Assembly: GCA_963823655.1 (NCBI GenBank)
Contig: CAWGMK010000012.1
Location: 1-64,000 of the forward strand
Source of the DNA: an uncultured Bacillota bacterium
GTDB taxonomy: Bacteria; Bacillota; DTU025; MWDF01
DNA: 64,000 nt
Direction of reading: 5' to 3'
This document shows positions 31,071-41,595 of the stretch, piece after piece. Position 1 is the stretch's first letter, and each line of letters opens with the position of its first letter. The notes under the pieces are model-generated. The model was not told the DNA's origin. It was given only the letters and a program-made list of their open reading frames with translations, and did not search any database. The translations under genes were made by a program, and so were the position numbers.

Positions 31071-31800
31071 GGCGATCTCAGACAGTATGCACATGGACGT
31101 CAGTTATTGCGTAAAGCAGGTCTAAACTTGGCTGAAAGAATGTCAGGAAAACACAAGGGACAAATCAAGCTTTCGAAACGAGGAGATGCTACGTTGCGCA
31201 AATATATGTATCTGGCGACGATCACACTCGTAGGAACGAATCCAGTCTTTCGACAGATGCATGAGAATAATGTTCAGATCAAGCAAATGAAGAAACAACA
31301 GTCCCTTTTTAAGCTGCTTGGAAAATTGGCTCGAATCCTGGTTGGCATTGTTCAAAGAGGAGAATCATTTTTACCTGAAAAAGCTACTCCCAACTACGCT
31401 CAGGCTGCCTAAGACTTATTGAATATAACGTAGATTGACTCATTCGCAGGATTTTCACAAAGAAAGCACGGAGGACCGAGTTCGTTCTCCAATAAGGGCA
31501 CAGACCCATCCGCTAAACGCTATCGGTCTCCACACCTTGGTCAGGTATAACGAAGGAATGTAAGGGCATAGACCCGTTGAGCCGTGGGAGGGTGAACCTC
31601 TAAGGAAATTGTGGAGTATGCGTGCAGTAGAATAGAACTTGGGGAAATATTCCATATGTTCCTCTGTTCCCGTATGCCCAAAATATGAACCAACGGTTCT
31701 AATCAACTTACTTTCTGAACGATACTGATTTTCAAGGTGATGAAATCCTGCGAATGAGTGAGTATACGTGAGATAAACCCTTAAAACCGAGGGACGCAGA
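31071..31800 (+). mobile_element. IS110-family element, 5'-truncated (recombinase C-terminus plus 3' non-coding end)
   Basis: GDLRQY..GRQLLRKAGLNLAERMSGKHKGQIKLSKRGDATLRK ending at 31412; structured 390-bp tail. Confidence 0.8.
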
Positions 31801-31878
31801 ACTATAGCGTAATTGACCTTCAAGTCAGAGGCTGCCGAGTAAACCGGCAGCCTTTTCTCAACTAATAAAGGGAAGTTT
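31799..31878 (+). repeat. attC-like repeat, right part abutting the IS110 end
   Basis: GAACTATAGCGTAA - AGGCTGCCG..CGGCAGCCT - CTCAACTAATAAAGGGAAG. Confidence 0.65.
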
Positions 31879-31947
31879 TCTTCAACAATTTATTTTGACT
31901 AATATGGTAGAATATGTATTATATATGAGTGGACGAGGTGACTAGAA

Positions 31948-32388
31948 ATGAATTCTGTTACAAGTGTAAGGCTAGCATCCTTTACCGATGCTGAAGAACT
32001 TTCTAGACTAAATCAAGAGTTTAACGGCGGTGTAAAAAGACCTCCAGCTAAGATAATTGAACACCTAAATATAAATCGTAACGAATTGATTGCCGTAGCA
32101 GAGATAAGTGGTAAAATCGTTGGTTTTGGCTGTGCTCAAAGCTTTTATTCATTTTGTTATGAAGAACCACACGGAGAAATTACCGAACTCTATGTAGAAG
32201 AAGCCGCTCGAAGAAAAGGAATTGCAATTGCAATTATTTCTTGTCTGGAAGAAAACCTTAGAGAACGCGGAGTAAAAAGTATGAAGGTACTGACAGGTAG
32301 AAGGAATAACGCTGCAATTAGAACGTATGAACATTGCAATTATGTTAAAGACGATGAACAGATGTTAAAGAAAAGGTTGGAGGATTAA
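31948..32388 (+). CDS. GNAT acetyltransferase
   Basis: ITELYVEEAARRKGIA, N.AAIRTYE. Confidence 0.85.
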   Translation: MNSVTSVRLASFTDAEELSRLNQEFNGGVKRPPAKIIEHLNINRNELIAVAEISGKIVGFGCAQSFYSFCYEEPHGEITELYVEEAARRKGIAIAIISCLEENLRERGVKSMKVLTGRRNNAAIRTYEHCNYVKDDEQMLKKRLED

Positions 32389-32459
32389 GTGCAGAACGAT
32401 AGTTGAACAAACCTAAAAAGGCTGCTGCGTGCAGCCTTTTGTGCTAACGGGCATCTATA
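32384..32459 (+). repeat. attC-like repeat, full copy
   Basis: ATTAAGTGCAGAACGATAGTTGAA - AAAAGGCTGC..GCAGCCTTTT - GTGCTAACGGGCATCTATA. Confidence 0.75.
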
Positions 32460-32527
32460 TTAAAAAGATAATAGAAAAGTGCGTATCCTGGATTATGTAG
32501 CTGATAATCGAAAGGTAGGTTCGGAAT

Positions 32528-32770
32528 TTGGCGACATATGTAATACTGATCAAAGAGTACGATGATACAGAGAAGGTAATTTATAAATTTGGTCCGACGG
32601 AAGAACGAATGGGAAGAATTGAATTTGACAAAGTTGTTGAAGAATTTAGGGAACTAGAGCAAGTACCTAATACAAAAAATGACCATACATTCATGAGGGC
32701 CGTTTCAGCTATTGCAAGATGCTATAAAGAGGGGAAAGGATTCCCAGATAGAACTTTTTTTGCTTCATAA
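32528..32770 (+). CDS. small hypothetical protein
   Basis: 80-aa ORF between repeats. Confidence 0.55.
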   Translation: MATYVILIKEYDDTEKVIYKFGPTEERMGRIEFDKVVEEFRELEQVPNTKNDHTFMRAVSAIARCYKEGKGFPDRTFFAS

Positions 32771-32823
32771 ATTATTTCACTAAAGTCAAACCACCTTCCG
32801 ACCAAACTGGGTCTCTTTTTGCT

Positions 32824-32843
32824 ATTCAACTATCGGGCAAAAG
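32824..32843 (+). repeat. attC-like repeat, site B only
   Basis: ATTCAACTATCGGGCAAAAG. Confidence 0.6.
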
Positions 32844-32862
32844 AACGCAATCATTCAAAACT

Positions 32863-33255
32863 TTATTGAGGATGATTTTTAGAATGTCTACGAGTGACAT
32901 TGATACTATCTTGGATACACCAATCTTCACCAAATACTTCAACTACAAAATGGTCGTGTATTGTATCGTCTTTATCATATTTCCAAACACAAATCCAATC
33001 AGTTTTGAAGCCTGATTCTTCACAAATGAGTTTTCGATTTACCCATTGTTGAGTTCCAGTTGGAACTCTCCACACTTTTATTTTCTTTGCATAAGAGGTT
33101 GTAACATGAATTTCCATTTCCCCGCTACCCTCTGGAATATATGTCCAGTTACCTTCAGGAGTAGGTGTGGTTTCAATTTTCATCAATGGCGACGCTTGTG
33201 CAATTGTTGTAAAAAAACAAAACAGGATCAGGAAGCTGAATATCTTTCCAAACAT
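32863..33255 (-). CDS. secreted hypothetical protein (opposite orientation to the array)
   Basis: Signal peptide ending AQA; GGGGTG RBS on the minus strand. Confidence 0.6.
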   Translation of the reverse strand: MFGKIFSFLILFCFFTTIAQASPLMKIETTPTPEGNWTYIPEGSGEMEIHVTTSYAKKIKVWRVPTGTQQWVNRKLICEESGFKTDWICVWKYDKDDTIHDHFVVEVFGEDWCIQDSINVTRRHSKNHPQ

Positions 33256-33338
33256 GTAATTTTCACCCCAAAATAATATGCCCCAATACGATGTTTTTCT
33301 TCACAGCATTTTGCCTTGTCCAAAAGTTGAAAAACGGT

Positions 33339-33360
33339 ATTACGCTAACGGGCAGAATTG
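33339..33360 (+). repeat. attC-like repeat, site B only
   Basis: ATTACGCTAACGGGCAGAATTG. Confidence 0.75.
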
Positions 33361-33565
33361 CAACAAATTAATCATGTTTACAGTTATATTAAGTGAAGGA
33401 AGATGGTTACATAAAAACACCACTTTGCAACCTATCATTTCCAAATATTTATCATTGTTGTTGATATTAAGCAATTATAAATAATTGGAATGAATTAATA
33501 TCGGAAATCATGCAAACATGTAATCGTCTACCTTAACTTTAAATTCGAGGAGAATGCTATCATAT

Positions 33566-34400
33566 ATGAAGAAGTTATTAGTTTTTATTTCCGTCACTTT
33601 AGTATTTACTATATTAACGGGTTGTAAACAGATCCGCAAGCGATTCCATAATTATACCATCACCAACGACCACGATAACGCCAACAATATCGCCAGGAAT
33701 CCAACCGCAACGCCAGTAGCCTGGAAATGATGCACACAAGCTTGTTCCAATGACGTTTCAACTTAGTCAAGAACAAGTTAAGGCTATGTTCGGTGACAAA
33801 TATGTAGAAATGAATGACCCTCAGTTGGTAGCGAAGCTAAGATTTGGCGTTATGATATTCAACCAAGCAAGGACTATAAGCCTGAAGGACAAGCTATTGA
33901 CGTTAACGGCATAGAAAATGGTAACCTTAAAGGACAAGTGTTTGTGACTTGGTCAGTAGAGCGGAAGTTAATAAGTATTGCTAGTCATTACCTATTGAAT
34001 GGTAAAGTGATAGAGTCGCGGATTAGCGAATCTGAATTGAAAAAAGCTTACTCAGATAAAAAGAAACTTGGCGATAATGAACCTGGAAATGATGTGCGAA
34101 ACCCTATGTCCCTTCAATTAACCAAAGAACAAATTCAAGGAATGTTTGGTGACAACTACACGGAAGTCATTGACGCTATGACAGGCGAGTGGAAAGTATG
34201 GCGGTATGATATTCAACCCAAAAGTGGTTATAAATCAGATTATGATATTTACAAAAATGGAGTAGTTGATGAAAGTGGCTTGAAATCCCAAACATTAAAG
34301 CACAAGCGTTCGTTACTTGGGACCCAAATGGAAAACTAATCGGATTGAGTTGTTTATACTTAAAGAACGGTTCGATGTCAGACTTTGGATTAAACGAATA
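33566..34400 (+). pseudogene. degraded lipoprotein with two internal repeat domains
   Basis: MKKLL..LTGC lipobox; PGND..PM..QL..EQ...MFGD.Y.E..WRYDIQP occurs twice; several frameshifts. Confidence 0.55.
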
Positions 34401-34466
34401 TACGTTAATACAAGTATATGGACAGCAGGTAACTCCTTCAAAATAAATGCAAACCGAGCATACTTT

Positions 34467-34546
34467 GTTGAGCTAACTTTGAGAACGATAGTTAAACATC
34501 AGAAGGGCTACCGCGAAGCCCTTCTCTCCGCTAACAGTCAGGAAAG
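34467..34546 (+). repeat. attC-like repeat, full copy
   Basis: GTTGAGCTAACTTTGAGAACGATAGTTAA - AGAAGGGCT..AGCCCTTCT - CCGCTAACAGTCAGGAAAG. Confidence 0.75.
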
Positions 34547-34574
34547 TTCGAATTATGTCTTGTTAAATGGCTAT

Positions 34575-34603
34575 CCAGTCTAATACTTAATTTACAATGA
34601 ACA
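34575..34603 (-). mobile_element. Tn7-like transposon end, inverted relative to 19005
   Basis: Minus strand TGT-TCATT-GTAAATTAAGTATTAGACTGG shares AAGTATTAGACTGG with the 19005 end. Confidence 0.65.
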
Positions 34604-34634
34604 TCAGACCGCTACGTTTCATCACTTTGTGCCA

Positions 34635-35195
34635 TTATGGAGTTTCACCAAAATTGAACCATTTGGTAACGCGTTTAACTTTGGTAAAGCCTAGGTAGGT
34701 ATACCGAATCGTGACTTCTTGAAGGGGCCCTTCGTCGTACCGAACGACGACTCCGTAATGTATGGGTGTTTGCTTATTCGAGTTCACTTTACTTGCAAGA
34801 ATGGTTCGAATCTCTTAATCGGATAATTGCGATTGGATAGATGCGTCATGCAAATCCATAAGTTTAGTCGCAGGGTCTGTCTGATCCCCCAAAAATTGCA
34901 CAAGGCCGCCGGAATCATAGGTAATGCCAAGTTGAACGCGATTCGGCACCTTCTCGCCATTGACAGTCACGCTTTGAATGTCGATACCCGATTCGCTCCT
35001 ATTGACAACCTCAATGGTATAAACCTTATAATTGCCGACCGGGTCCGTATATACGGTCAAACCGTTATCAATCAACGGGTCGGCACGATGATACCAAATG
35101 ATAGCTGCAATCACAACCATGGCAGCCAAAGTGCCAATCATAGCTACAAGCCGTGAAATACCCGTAAGTCGTTTCAATGACAACCCTCCAGTCAT
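34635..35195 (-). pseudogene. membrane-anchored hypothetical protein, frameshifted
   Basis: ORF 35195-34815 with an N-terminal TM segment; coding-like sequence continues in another frame. Confidence 0.45.
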
Positions 35196-35262
35196 ATTTC
35201 CCCCTTAGGTTACGATCCTAATGTCGACTCGTTTATTATCGCCAAAGGAAATGGCTACCGTT

Positions 35263-35282
35263 TTCTAACGGGCAGCATAGCG
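35263..35282 (+). repeat. attC-like repeat, site B (last copy seen)
   Basis: TTCTAACGGGCAGCATAGCG. Confidence 0.7.
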
Positions 35283-35400
35283 AATGTTTATAAGGAAAAG
35301 GGGTTGCACATGATTTTTTCGAATATCTATTTTTACTAACGAATAAATGAGTTAATACCATTAAGGGGATTCTTTATGGCGGTCTTTCCGAGAACGAAGC

Positions 35401-35829
35401 GGATGAATCATTAAGAAGAAAAATACAAAAAGGATTGAATAAAGGAGAAGCCATGAATGGACTGGCAAGAGCTATTTTCTTCGGAAAACAAGGAGAGCTT
35501 AGGGAACGAACCATACAGCATCAATTGCAAAGAGCCAGTGCTTTAAACATAATTATCAATGCCATTAGTGTCTGGAATACCCTACATCTGACAAAAGCAG
35601 TTGAATACCAAAAAGGTTTAGGTAGTTTTAATGTAGATTTGTTGCATCATATGTCTCCTTTAGGCTGGGAGCATATCAATTTACTAGGAGAGTACCGTTT
35701 TAATTCTGAAAAAATGGTTGCGTTAGATTCTCTAAGACCACTAAAACTTTCTTAACGTTGTTAAAACTGGGGTAATCGTCTTGAAAATAGGCTTAGCGTT
35801 GTAAATCCGCATTTTCCTGACGGTACCCC
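35401..35829 (+). mobile_element. tnpA: Tn3-family (Tn1546-like) remnant: tnpA 3' end plus 38-bp IR
   Basis: LNKGEAMNGLARAIFFG..SPLGWEHINLLGEYRF; IR 35792-35829, reverse complement GGGGTACCGTCAGGAAAATGCGGATTTACAACGCTAAG. Confidence 0.9.
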
Positions 35830-36257
35830 TATTATAGTCCGGTGTGTAATCCAGGTCCCTCCAATCAGTCCATACCTGATTGTAGCCCATGGCTGTGACA
35901 TTGACTTGAAGGTTGTCGAGATAAAGCCGGATCAATTGGTGTTGGGAATGTTTCATGGCTGCTCTCCGATCCTTTGAGCAATATGAAGATTATTATAAGC
36001 TTATCATGCTATTGAATCAATGAACCTTAAGCCATCATTGGGCAATGTCTAGATCGTTCTATTCCCCCGTCCAAATAATCAAGGTTTTTAATCAAACTGT
36101 GTAATATTATCAAAATAGAAAGACAGCAACATATAACTGAATGCGCTTTCAAAAAAACAAATAGGGAGAACCCAGATGAAGACACGAAAAAAGTTACTTC
36201 GCTTCACCAAAGGCTTCCGCCGTACTTGCAAGCGGTTCTGAAACGGCTTCTTATTCC

Positions 36258-37907
36258 TTGTCTGCCAATCGGACAACGCCCAACATCGGAGATACCGTGC
36301 AGATCACAGTGCAGGGATCGAACTTGAGCAATCTGTATGGTGTTGAAGCCAAGCTATCCTATACGAAGGATCGGCTGAAGGTCGTCGGCTCGCTCAGCAG
36401 CCTGATCGCTTTCTCCGATATGAAGAATAATTCCGAGACTGGCCGCATTACCGTCTTCGCCACTCATCTGGGCAACACTGCAGGCATTTCGGACAACGCT
36501 GCATTGTTTACGATTACATTCGAAGGCCTCTCGGTTGGACAAGCCGACGTCCAGCTGCTTGAGGTAACTGCGCTGGACAAGGATTCGAACAAGACCGTAT
36601 GGACTGCAGGAGACAAGATCAATGTCAGCTATGTGAACAATACAGGAAATGGTACTCCAACGGCAACGCCAACAGCAACGCCAACAGCAACGCCAACTCC
36701 AACGCCAAAGAATGGCAAGCCTGTCGTTTCCAAGAATTCAATTCGACTTGGCGCCCGAATGGACGAGAACAAAAAGGCGGCCGTCTCGACGGTTGGTAGC
36801 GAAAGCTTGAAGAAAGCGAAGGAGCAAGTCCCTTCATCGGGCAAGAACGGCGCCAAGACTGTCGGAATCGAGATATCTGAAGTGAAGGGCGCACAAAAGT
36901 ATGAGCTGGAAATTCCATCAGATGCGCTGCGGGATTCGGAATCGAATATTGTCTATGAAATTACAACATCGGTAGGGAAAATCACCATTCCGAGCGGCAT
37001 GCTCTCCAATACCAACGTAAACACCAATCAGGTTTCGGTTAGCATCGGCAGAGCGGACGTAAGCGCGCTGAATGACAAAATGCAGGAGAAAATTGGCGAC
37101 CGCCCTTTTCTTGAGCTTCATGTGCAGTCCGGTGGGGAAATCATAGCATGGAACAATCCGAAAGCACCGGTAACCATTACCACTGCTTATACACCTTCCG
37201 CCAATGAGCTTAAGCATCCGGAGAAGATCGTCGTGTGGTACATCGACGCACAAGGCGAGGCTCAGGTGATCAAGAATGGAAAGTATGATCCGGCAACCGG
37301 TCAAGTCACATTTTCGACTACGCATTTCAGCGTATTCGCATTCGCCTATGTTAACAAAACCTTCGCAGACATCGAAGGGTTGGACTGGGCGCAATCAGGT
37401 ATTGAAGCCATGGCTGCCAGGGAGATCATCCTTGGAATGGACGAAGAGCATTTTGAGCCGGGTCTGGAAATCAAGCGTTCGGATTATTTGCTGATGCTGA
37501 TGCGCGCCTTGGAGCTGGATAGTGCGGCTGCGGATGAGGAGACCGCAGCGGCCTTCGAAGACACGGATACTAAGGCGTATTACAGCAAGGCGCTTGCGCA
37601 AGCCAAAAATTTGAGGATCGTTGAAGGCGATCTGGATAATCGGTTCCGCCCGGGGGACTCCATAACGCGCCAGGACGCGATCGTATTGGCGCAGCGGGCG
37701 ATGGCGGCAGCCGATAAAGATTTGCCTCCAAGCGATGCAGCATTGCTGCAGTTCCACGATAACGATGACATTTCTTCCTATGCAGCGGACAGCGTGGCAG
37801 CATTGTCCACATCGGGCATCATTCAGGGTTATGACGGCTATCTTCATCCGAAGGAGTTGCTGACACGAGCGCAAGCCGCTGTCATGATTAGCAAAGCAAT
37901 AAACTAA
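36258..37907 (+). pseudogene. cohesin-like plus SLH-domain cell-surface protein, 5'-truncated
   Basis: Cohesin-like beta domain, PTAT linker, TTHFS.F, three SLH repeats; no signal peptide or RBS. Confidence 0.75.
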
Positions 37908-38023
37908 GGAACTGTAGCCCTGCCAGAGCCTAAGCTAACATCGTTCGTATGCCAGAAACGCTAGAATTAATGCGCCGCGGCTTGCTGTGGGCAACACGAT
38001 AACGATTATGGGGGAAGTAAGCG

Positions 38024-39118
38024 ATGAGTAAGAAGAAAGTTGGTATTATTGGTTGCGGCAATATTAGTGCTGCTTATATGAAAAATATTCCTACCTTTGA
38101 GCATTTGGAACTGCTCGCGTGTGCCGATATCGATTTGGCTAGAGCAAAAGCTCGGGCGGAGGAATTCAGTATTCCTCATGCGTATTCGGTTCAAGAGCTA
38201 TTGAATGATCCGAATATTGACATTGTGATTAATTTGACGATTCCGGCAGCGCATGCCGAGGTCTGTATTCAAGTAATGGAAGCGGGCAAACACGTGTATG
38301 TAGAGAAGCCGCTCGCTGTAACCCGTGGGGAAGGTTTGCAGATCCTAGAAGTTGCGCGCCGCAAGGGATTGCTGGTTGGCAGTGCACCGGATACGTTCCT
38401 CGGAGGAGGCATCCAAACGTGTGTGAAGCTGATTAATGACGGCTGGATTGGCACACCGATTGCAGCAACGGCATTCATGATGGGCAAAGGCCCTGAGCAT
38501 TGGCACCCGGATCCTGAATTTTATTATGCAAAAGGCGGCGGCCCTATGTTCGATATGGGTCCATACTACTTAACAGCTCTTGTGGCTTTGCTTGGGCCAA
38601 TTCGCCGAGTAACCGGCTCTGCTGCCGCTAGTTTCCCGGAGCGTACAATTTCTAGCGAGAAGAAGCGTGGGCAAAAAATTACAGTAGATACCCCAACGCA
38701 TATTGCTGGAGTACTGGATTTCCATAGCGGTGCGATTGCAACGCTTGTAACAAGCTTTGATATTATGGGAGGCACTCAGCTGCCGAACATCGAGATCTAC
38801 GGCAGTCAAGGTTCTTTACGCGTTCCGGATCCGAACACATTCGGAGGTCAGGTGCTTATTCGCAAAGGCGGTTCCGATTGGGAGCCGATTCCTCTGTCGC
38901 ACGGTTACAAAGAAAACCACCGCGGTTTAGGCGTTGCTGCGATGGCTGAGGCCTTGATAAGCGGCAAAAGTGATGCACACCGCGCGAATGGGGAGCTGGC
39001 GTACCACGTGCTGGAGGCGATGCATGGCTTCCACGACGCGTCCGACTCAGGCAAGCATTATGTGATGCAAAGCAGCTGTGAGAGACCAACCCCGTTGTCA
39101 CCTGATTCTGTGCTATAA
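38024..39118 (+). CDS. Gfo/Idh/MocA family oxidoreductase
   Basis: GIIGCGNIS, GKHVYVEKPL, GGGPMFDMGPYY. Confidence 0.9.
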   Translation: MSKKKVGIIGCGNISAAYMKNIPTFEHLELLACADIDLARAKARAEEFSIPHAYSVQELLNDPNIDIVINLTIPAAHAEVCIQVMEAGKHVYVEKPLAVTRGEGLQILEVARRKGLLVGSAPDTFLGGGIQTCVKLINDGWIGTPIAATAFMMGKGPEHWHPDPEFYYAKGGGPMFDMGPYYLTALVALLGPIRRVTGSAAASFPERTISSEKKRGQKITVDTPTHIAGVLDFHSGAIATLVTSFDIMGGTQLPNIEIYGSQGSLRVPDPNTFGGQVLIRKGGSDWEPIPLSHGYKENHRGLGVAAMAEALISGKSDAHRANGELAYHVLEAMHGFHDASDSGKHYVMQSSCERPTPLSPDSVL

Positions 39119-39227
39119 AAAGTTTTAACAGCATCCTCCTCTTAAGTAAGAGGGGGTATTTTATCGAGGGTATTTCAACAACGGGCGTCAAAGGCTGAAT
39201 AGGTGCTGTCCCAACTCTGAACAAAAA

Positions 39228-41201
39228 ATGGAGGAATTAGAATTGAAACATATTGTTGCTGAAACAAAATTATTACCGTTAACCGATGTCAAAATCCAAG
39301 ATTCATTCTGGTCAAGTTATATCAACTTAGTTCGTGATGTTGTTGTTCCTTACCAATGGGATGCTTTAAACGACCGGATTCCTAACGCTGAACCGAGTCA
39401 TGCCATTAAAAACTTCAAGATCGCGGCGGGACTTGAGCAGGGCGAATTTTACGGGATGGTGTTCCAGGACAGCGATGTGGCGAAATGGCTGGAAGCTGTC
39501 GGCTATCTATTGTCGACGGAGAGAGACCCAGAGCTTGAGCGGATCGCCGACGAAGTCATCGACATTATTGCAAAAGCTCAGCATGAAGACGGCTATTTGA
39601 ATACCTACTATACATTAAAAGAGCCTGGAAAACGGTGGACAAATCTAGCCGAGTGTCATGAATTATACTGCGCAGGCCACATGATCGAAGCGGGTGTCGC
39701 TTACTACCAAGCAACAGGAAAGCATAAGATTCTCGATGTCGTTAGCAAATTTGCAGATTATATCGACGAGGTATTTGGAACGGCTCCCGGCAAGCTGCAG
39801 GGATATGACGGCCACCAGGAGATTGAATTGGCTTTAATGAGGCTGTACGACGCAACCAGTAACGAGAAGTATATGCGTTTATGCCAATTTTTCCTGGAGG
39901 AGAGAGGGAAGGAGCCGCATTTTTACGATATCGAGTTCGAAAAACGCGGCGGTACAACGCATTTTGGGCGATGGATTATTGACGATAAAAAATATAGCCA
40001 AGCCCATGCTCCGATTCATAAGCAGGACAAAGCAGTAGGACATGCGGTAAGGTTCGTATATATGTGCACAGGTATGGCACATTTGGCTGCTGCAACTGGC
40101 GATCCTGAGATGCTTGAAGCATGCAAAGGGTTATGGGACAACATGGAAAGGAAGCAGATGTACATTACAGGCGGCATCGGCTCTCAAAGTCATGGGGAAG
40201 CGTTTAGTATGGATTATGACTTGCCGAATGATACGGTTTATGCGGAAACATGCGCATCGATCGGTCTCATCTTCTTTGCTCAGCGCATGCTGATGCTGCA
40301 GCCGAACAGCCGTTATGCGGACGCGATGGAGAGGTCCTTATACAATACGGTAATCGGCGGTATGTCACGAGATGGCAAAAGCTTCTTCTACGTCAACCCG
40401 CTTGAAGTACATCCGCAGGCATGTGGAGCGAACCATATTTATCATCATGTGAAGCCGGTTCGTCAAGGCTGGTTCGGATGCGCATGCTGTCCACCTAACG
40501 TTGCCCGTTTGCTGGCATCACTCGGCCAATATGTATATACGGTTTGTGAAAACACTGTATATGCAAACCTATATATCAGCGGGGAAGCCAAACTGGAGTT
40601 GAACGGAAATCGGATCGTCATCAATCAAACATCCAATTATCCTTGGGATGGATATATTCGTTTTGCGGTCGAAGCGGATCGTCCAGCCGAATTTACACTT
40701 GCGCTGCGAATTCCGGATTGGTGCGATCAAGCGGCAATTTCGGTTAATGGTGTAACGAAGTCGCTTGACGGGCTAGTAGTCGATGGGTATGCAATGCTGC
40801 AAGGAGCATGGAAGAAGGGCGATCAAATTGAGCTCATACTTCAGATGACCGTTGCGCGCATGAAAGGGCATCCGCTTGTACGTCAAACGGCAGGAAAAAC
40901 AGCTCTTCAGCGCGGTCCACTCGTTTATTGCCTGGAAGAAGCAGACAATGGACCGAATTTGCATCATATCCTTCTGCCGAAAGAAGCAGAACTTGAAGCT
41001 AAGGAAGATTCAGCCCTGTTCGGCGGAATGCACACCATTACCGCTGCAGGAAGCAGACGGAGTGCGGACAATTGGGGAGAAGGCTTATATAAACGGAATG
41101 CGAAGGTTGAGGACGTAGAAGCATACCTGAAGTTTATCCCGTATTTCGCATGGGCAAACCGCGGCGAAGGCGAGATGCGAGTATGGGTTGACGAAAAATA
41201 A
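39228..41201 (+). CDS. GH127 beta-L-arabinofuranosidase
   Basis: FQDSDVAKWLEA, HELYCAGH, GHAVR, YAETCAS, CACCPPN. Confidence 0.9.
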   Translation: MEELELKHIVAETKLLPLTDVKIQDSFWSSYINLVRDVVVPYQWDALNDRIPNAEPSHAIKNFKIAAGLEQGEFYGMVFQDSDVAKWLEAVGYLLSTERDPELERIADEVIDIIAKAQHEDGYLNTYYTLKEPGKRWTNLAECHELYCAGHMIEAGVAYYQATGKHKILDVVSKFADYIDEVFGTAPGKLQGYDGHQEIELALMRLYDATSNEKYMRLCQFFLEERGKEPHFYDIEFEKRGGTTHFGRWIIDDKKYSQAHAPIHKQDKAVGHAVRFVYMCTGMAHLAAATGDPEMLEACKGLWDNMERKQMYITGGIGSQSHGEAFSMDYDLPNDTVYAETCASIGLIFFAQRMLMLQPNSRYADAMERSLYNTVIGGMSRDGKSFFYVNPLEVHPQACGANHIYHHVKPVRQGWFGCACCPPNVARLLASLGQYVYTVCENTVYANLYISGEAKLELNGNRIVINQTSNYPWDGYIRFAVEADRPAEFTLALRIPDWCDQAAISVNGVTKSLDGLVVDGYAMLQGAWKKGDQIELILQMTVARMKGHPLVRQTAGKTALQRGPLVYCLEEADNGPNLHHILLPKEAELEAKEDSALFGGMHTITAAGSRRSADNWGEGLYKRNAKVEDVEAYLKFIPYFAWANRGEGEMRVWVDEK

Positions 41202-41427
41202 AAGGGAAATTCCCGGGGAGAGCGTCAACTAAGCTTGCTTGGGTCGATAGTTTCGCAGATATTGTCAGGCTTACCTATGATTATGGGCAAGTGGATGTCG
41301 AAGTACTGCCTAGATTGGTTGTTCCAATCGACGACAGAGAAACCCCTATAGTTATGAAGGGATAGCAAAAGGTCCGAGGATTATCGTCTCGGACCCTTTT
41401 TTTTATGGAACGTAAGGAGCTGGGAAG

Positions 41428-41510
41428 TTACCAAGTACGTTGTTTACGCATAATGGGGATGACCGTCTGGGTTACTGCCATCAGGCCGAAAACGTTCGTG
41501 CCGTATTTGC
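41428..41510 (-). pseudogene. short-chain dehydrogenase fragment
   Basis: TNVFGLMAVTQTVIPIMRKQR. Confidence 0.5.
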
Positions 41511-41595
41511 CGTTATCTTTTTCAATGATCTTCCGTCTAACCTTCTTAGGGTGATAGTTCTGCAGTTTGGTTTGGATTTCCGAAACCAGTTCCTC

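Noticed and set aside
631-35282. CRISPR array interpretation of the recurring repeat
   Set aside because: Copies are degenerate and separated by whole genes, not 30-40 bp spacers; no cas genes.
36655-36708. ACGCCAACAGCA tandem repeat
   Set aside because: Encodes an ordinary Pro/Thr linker of the surface protein.
41440-41595. N-terminus of the 284-aa ORF 41440-42294 as part of TnpA
   Set aside because: TnpA similarity starts only near 41596; the upstream part is a chance in-frame fusion to unrelated DNA.
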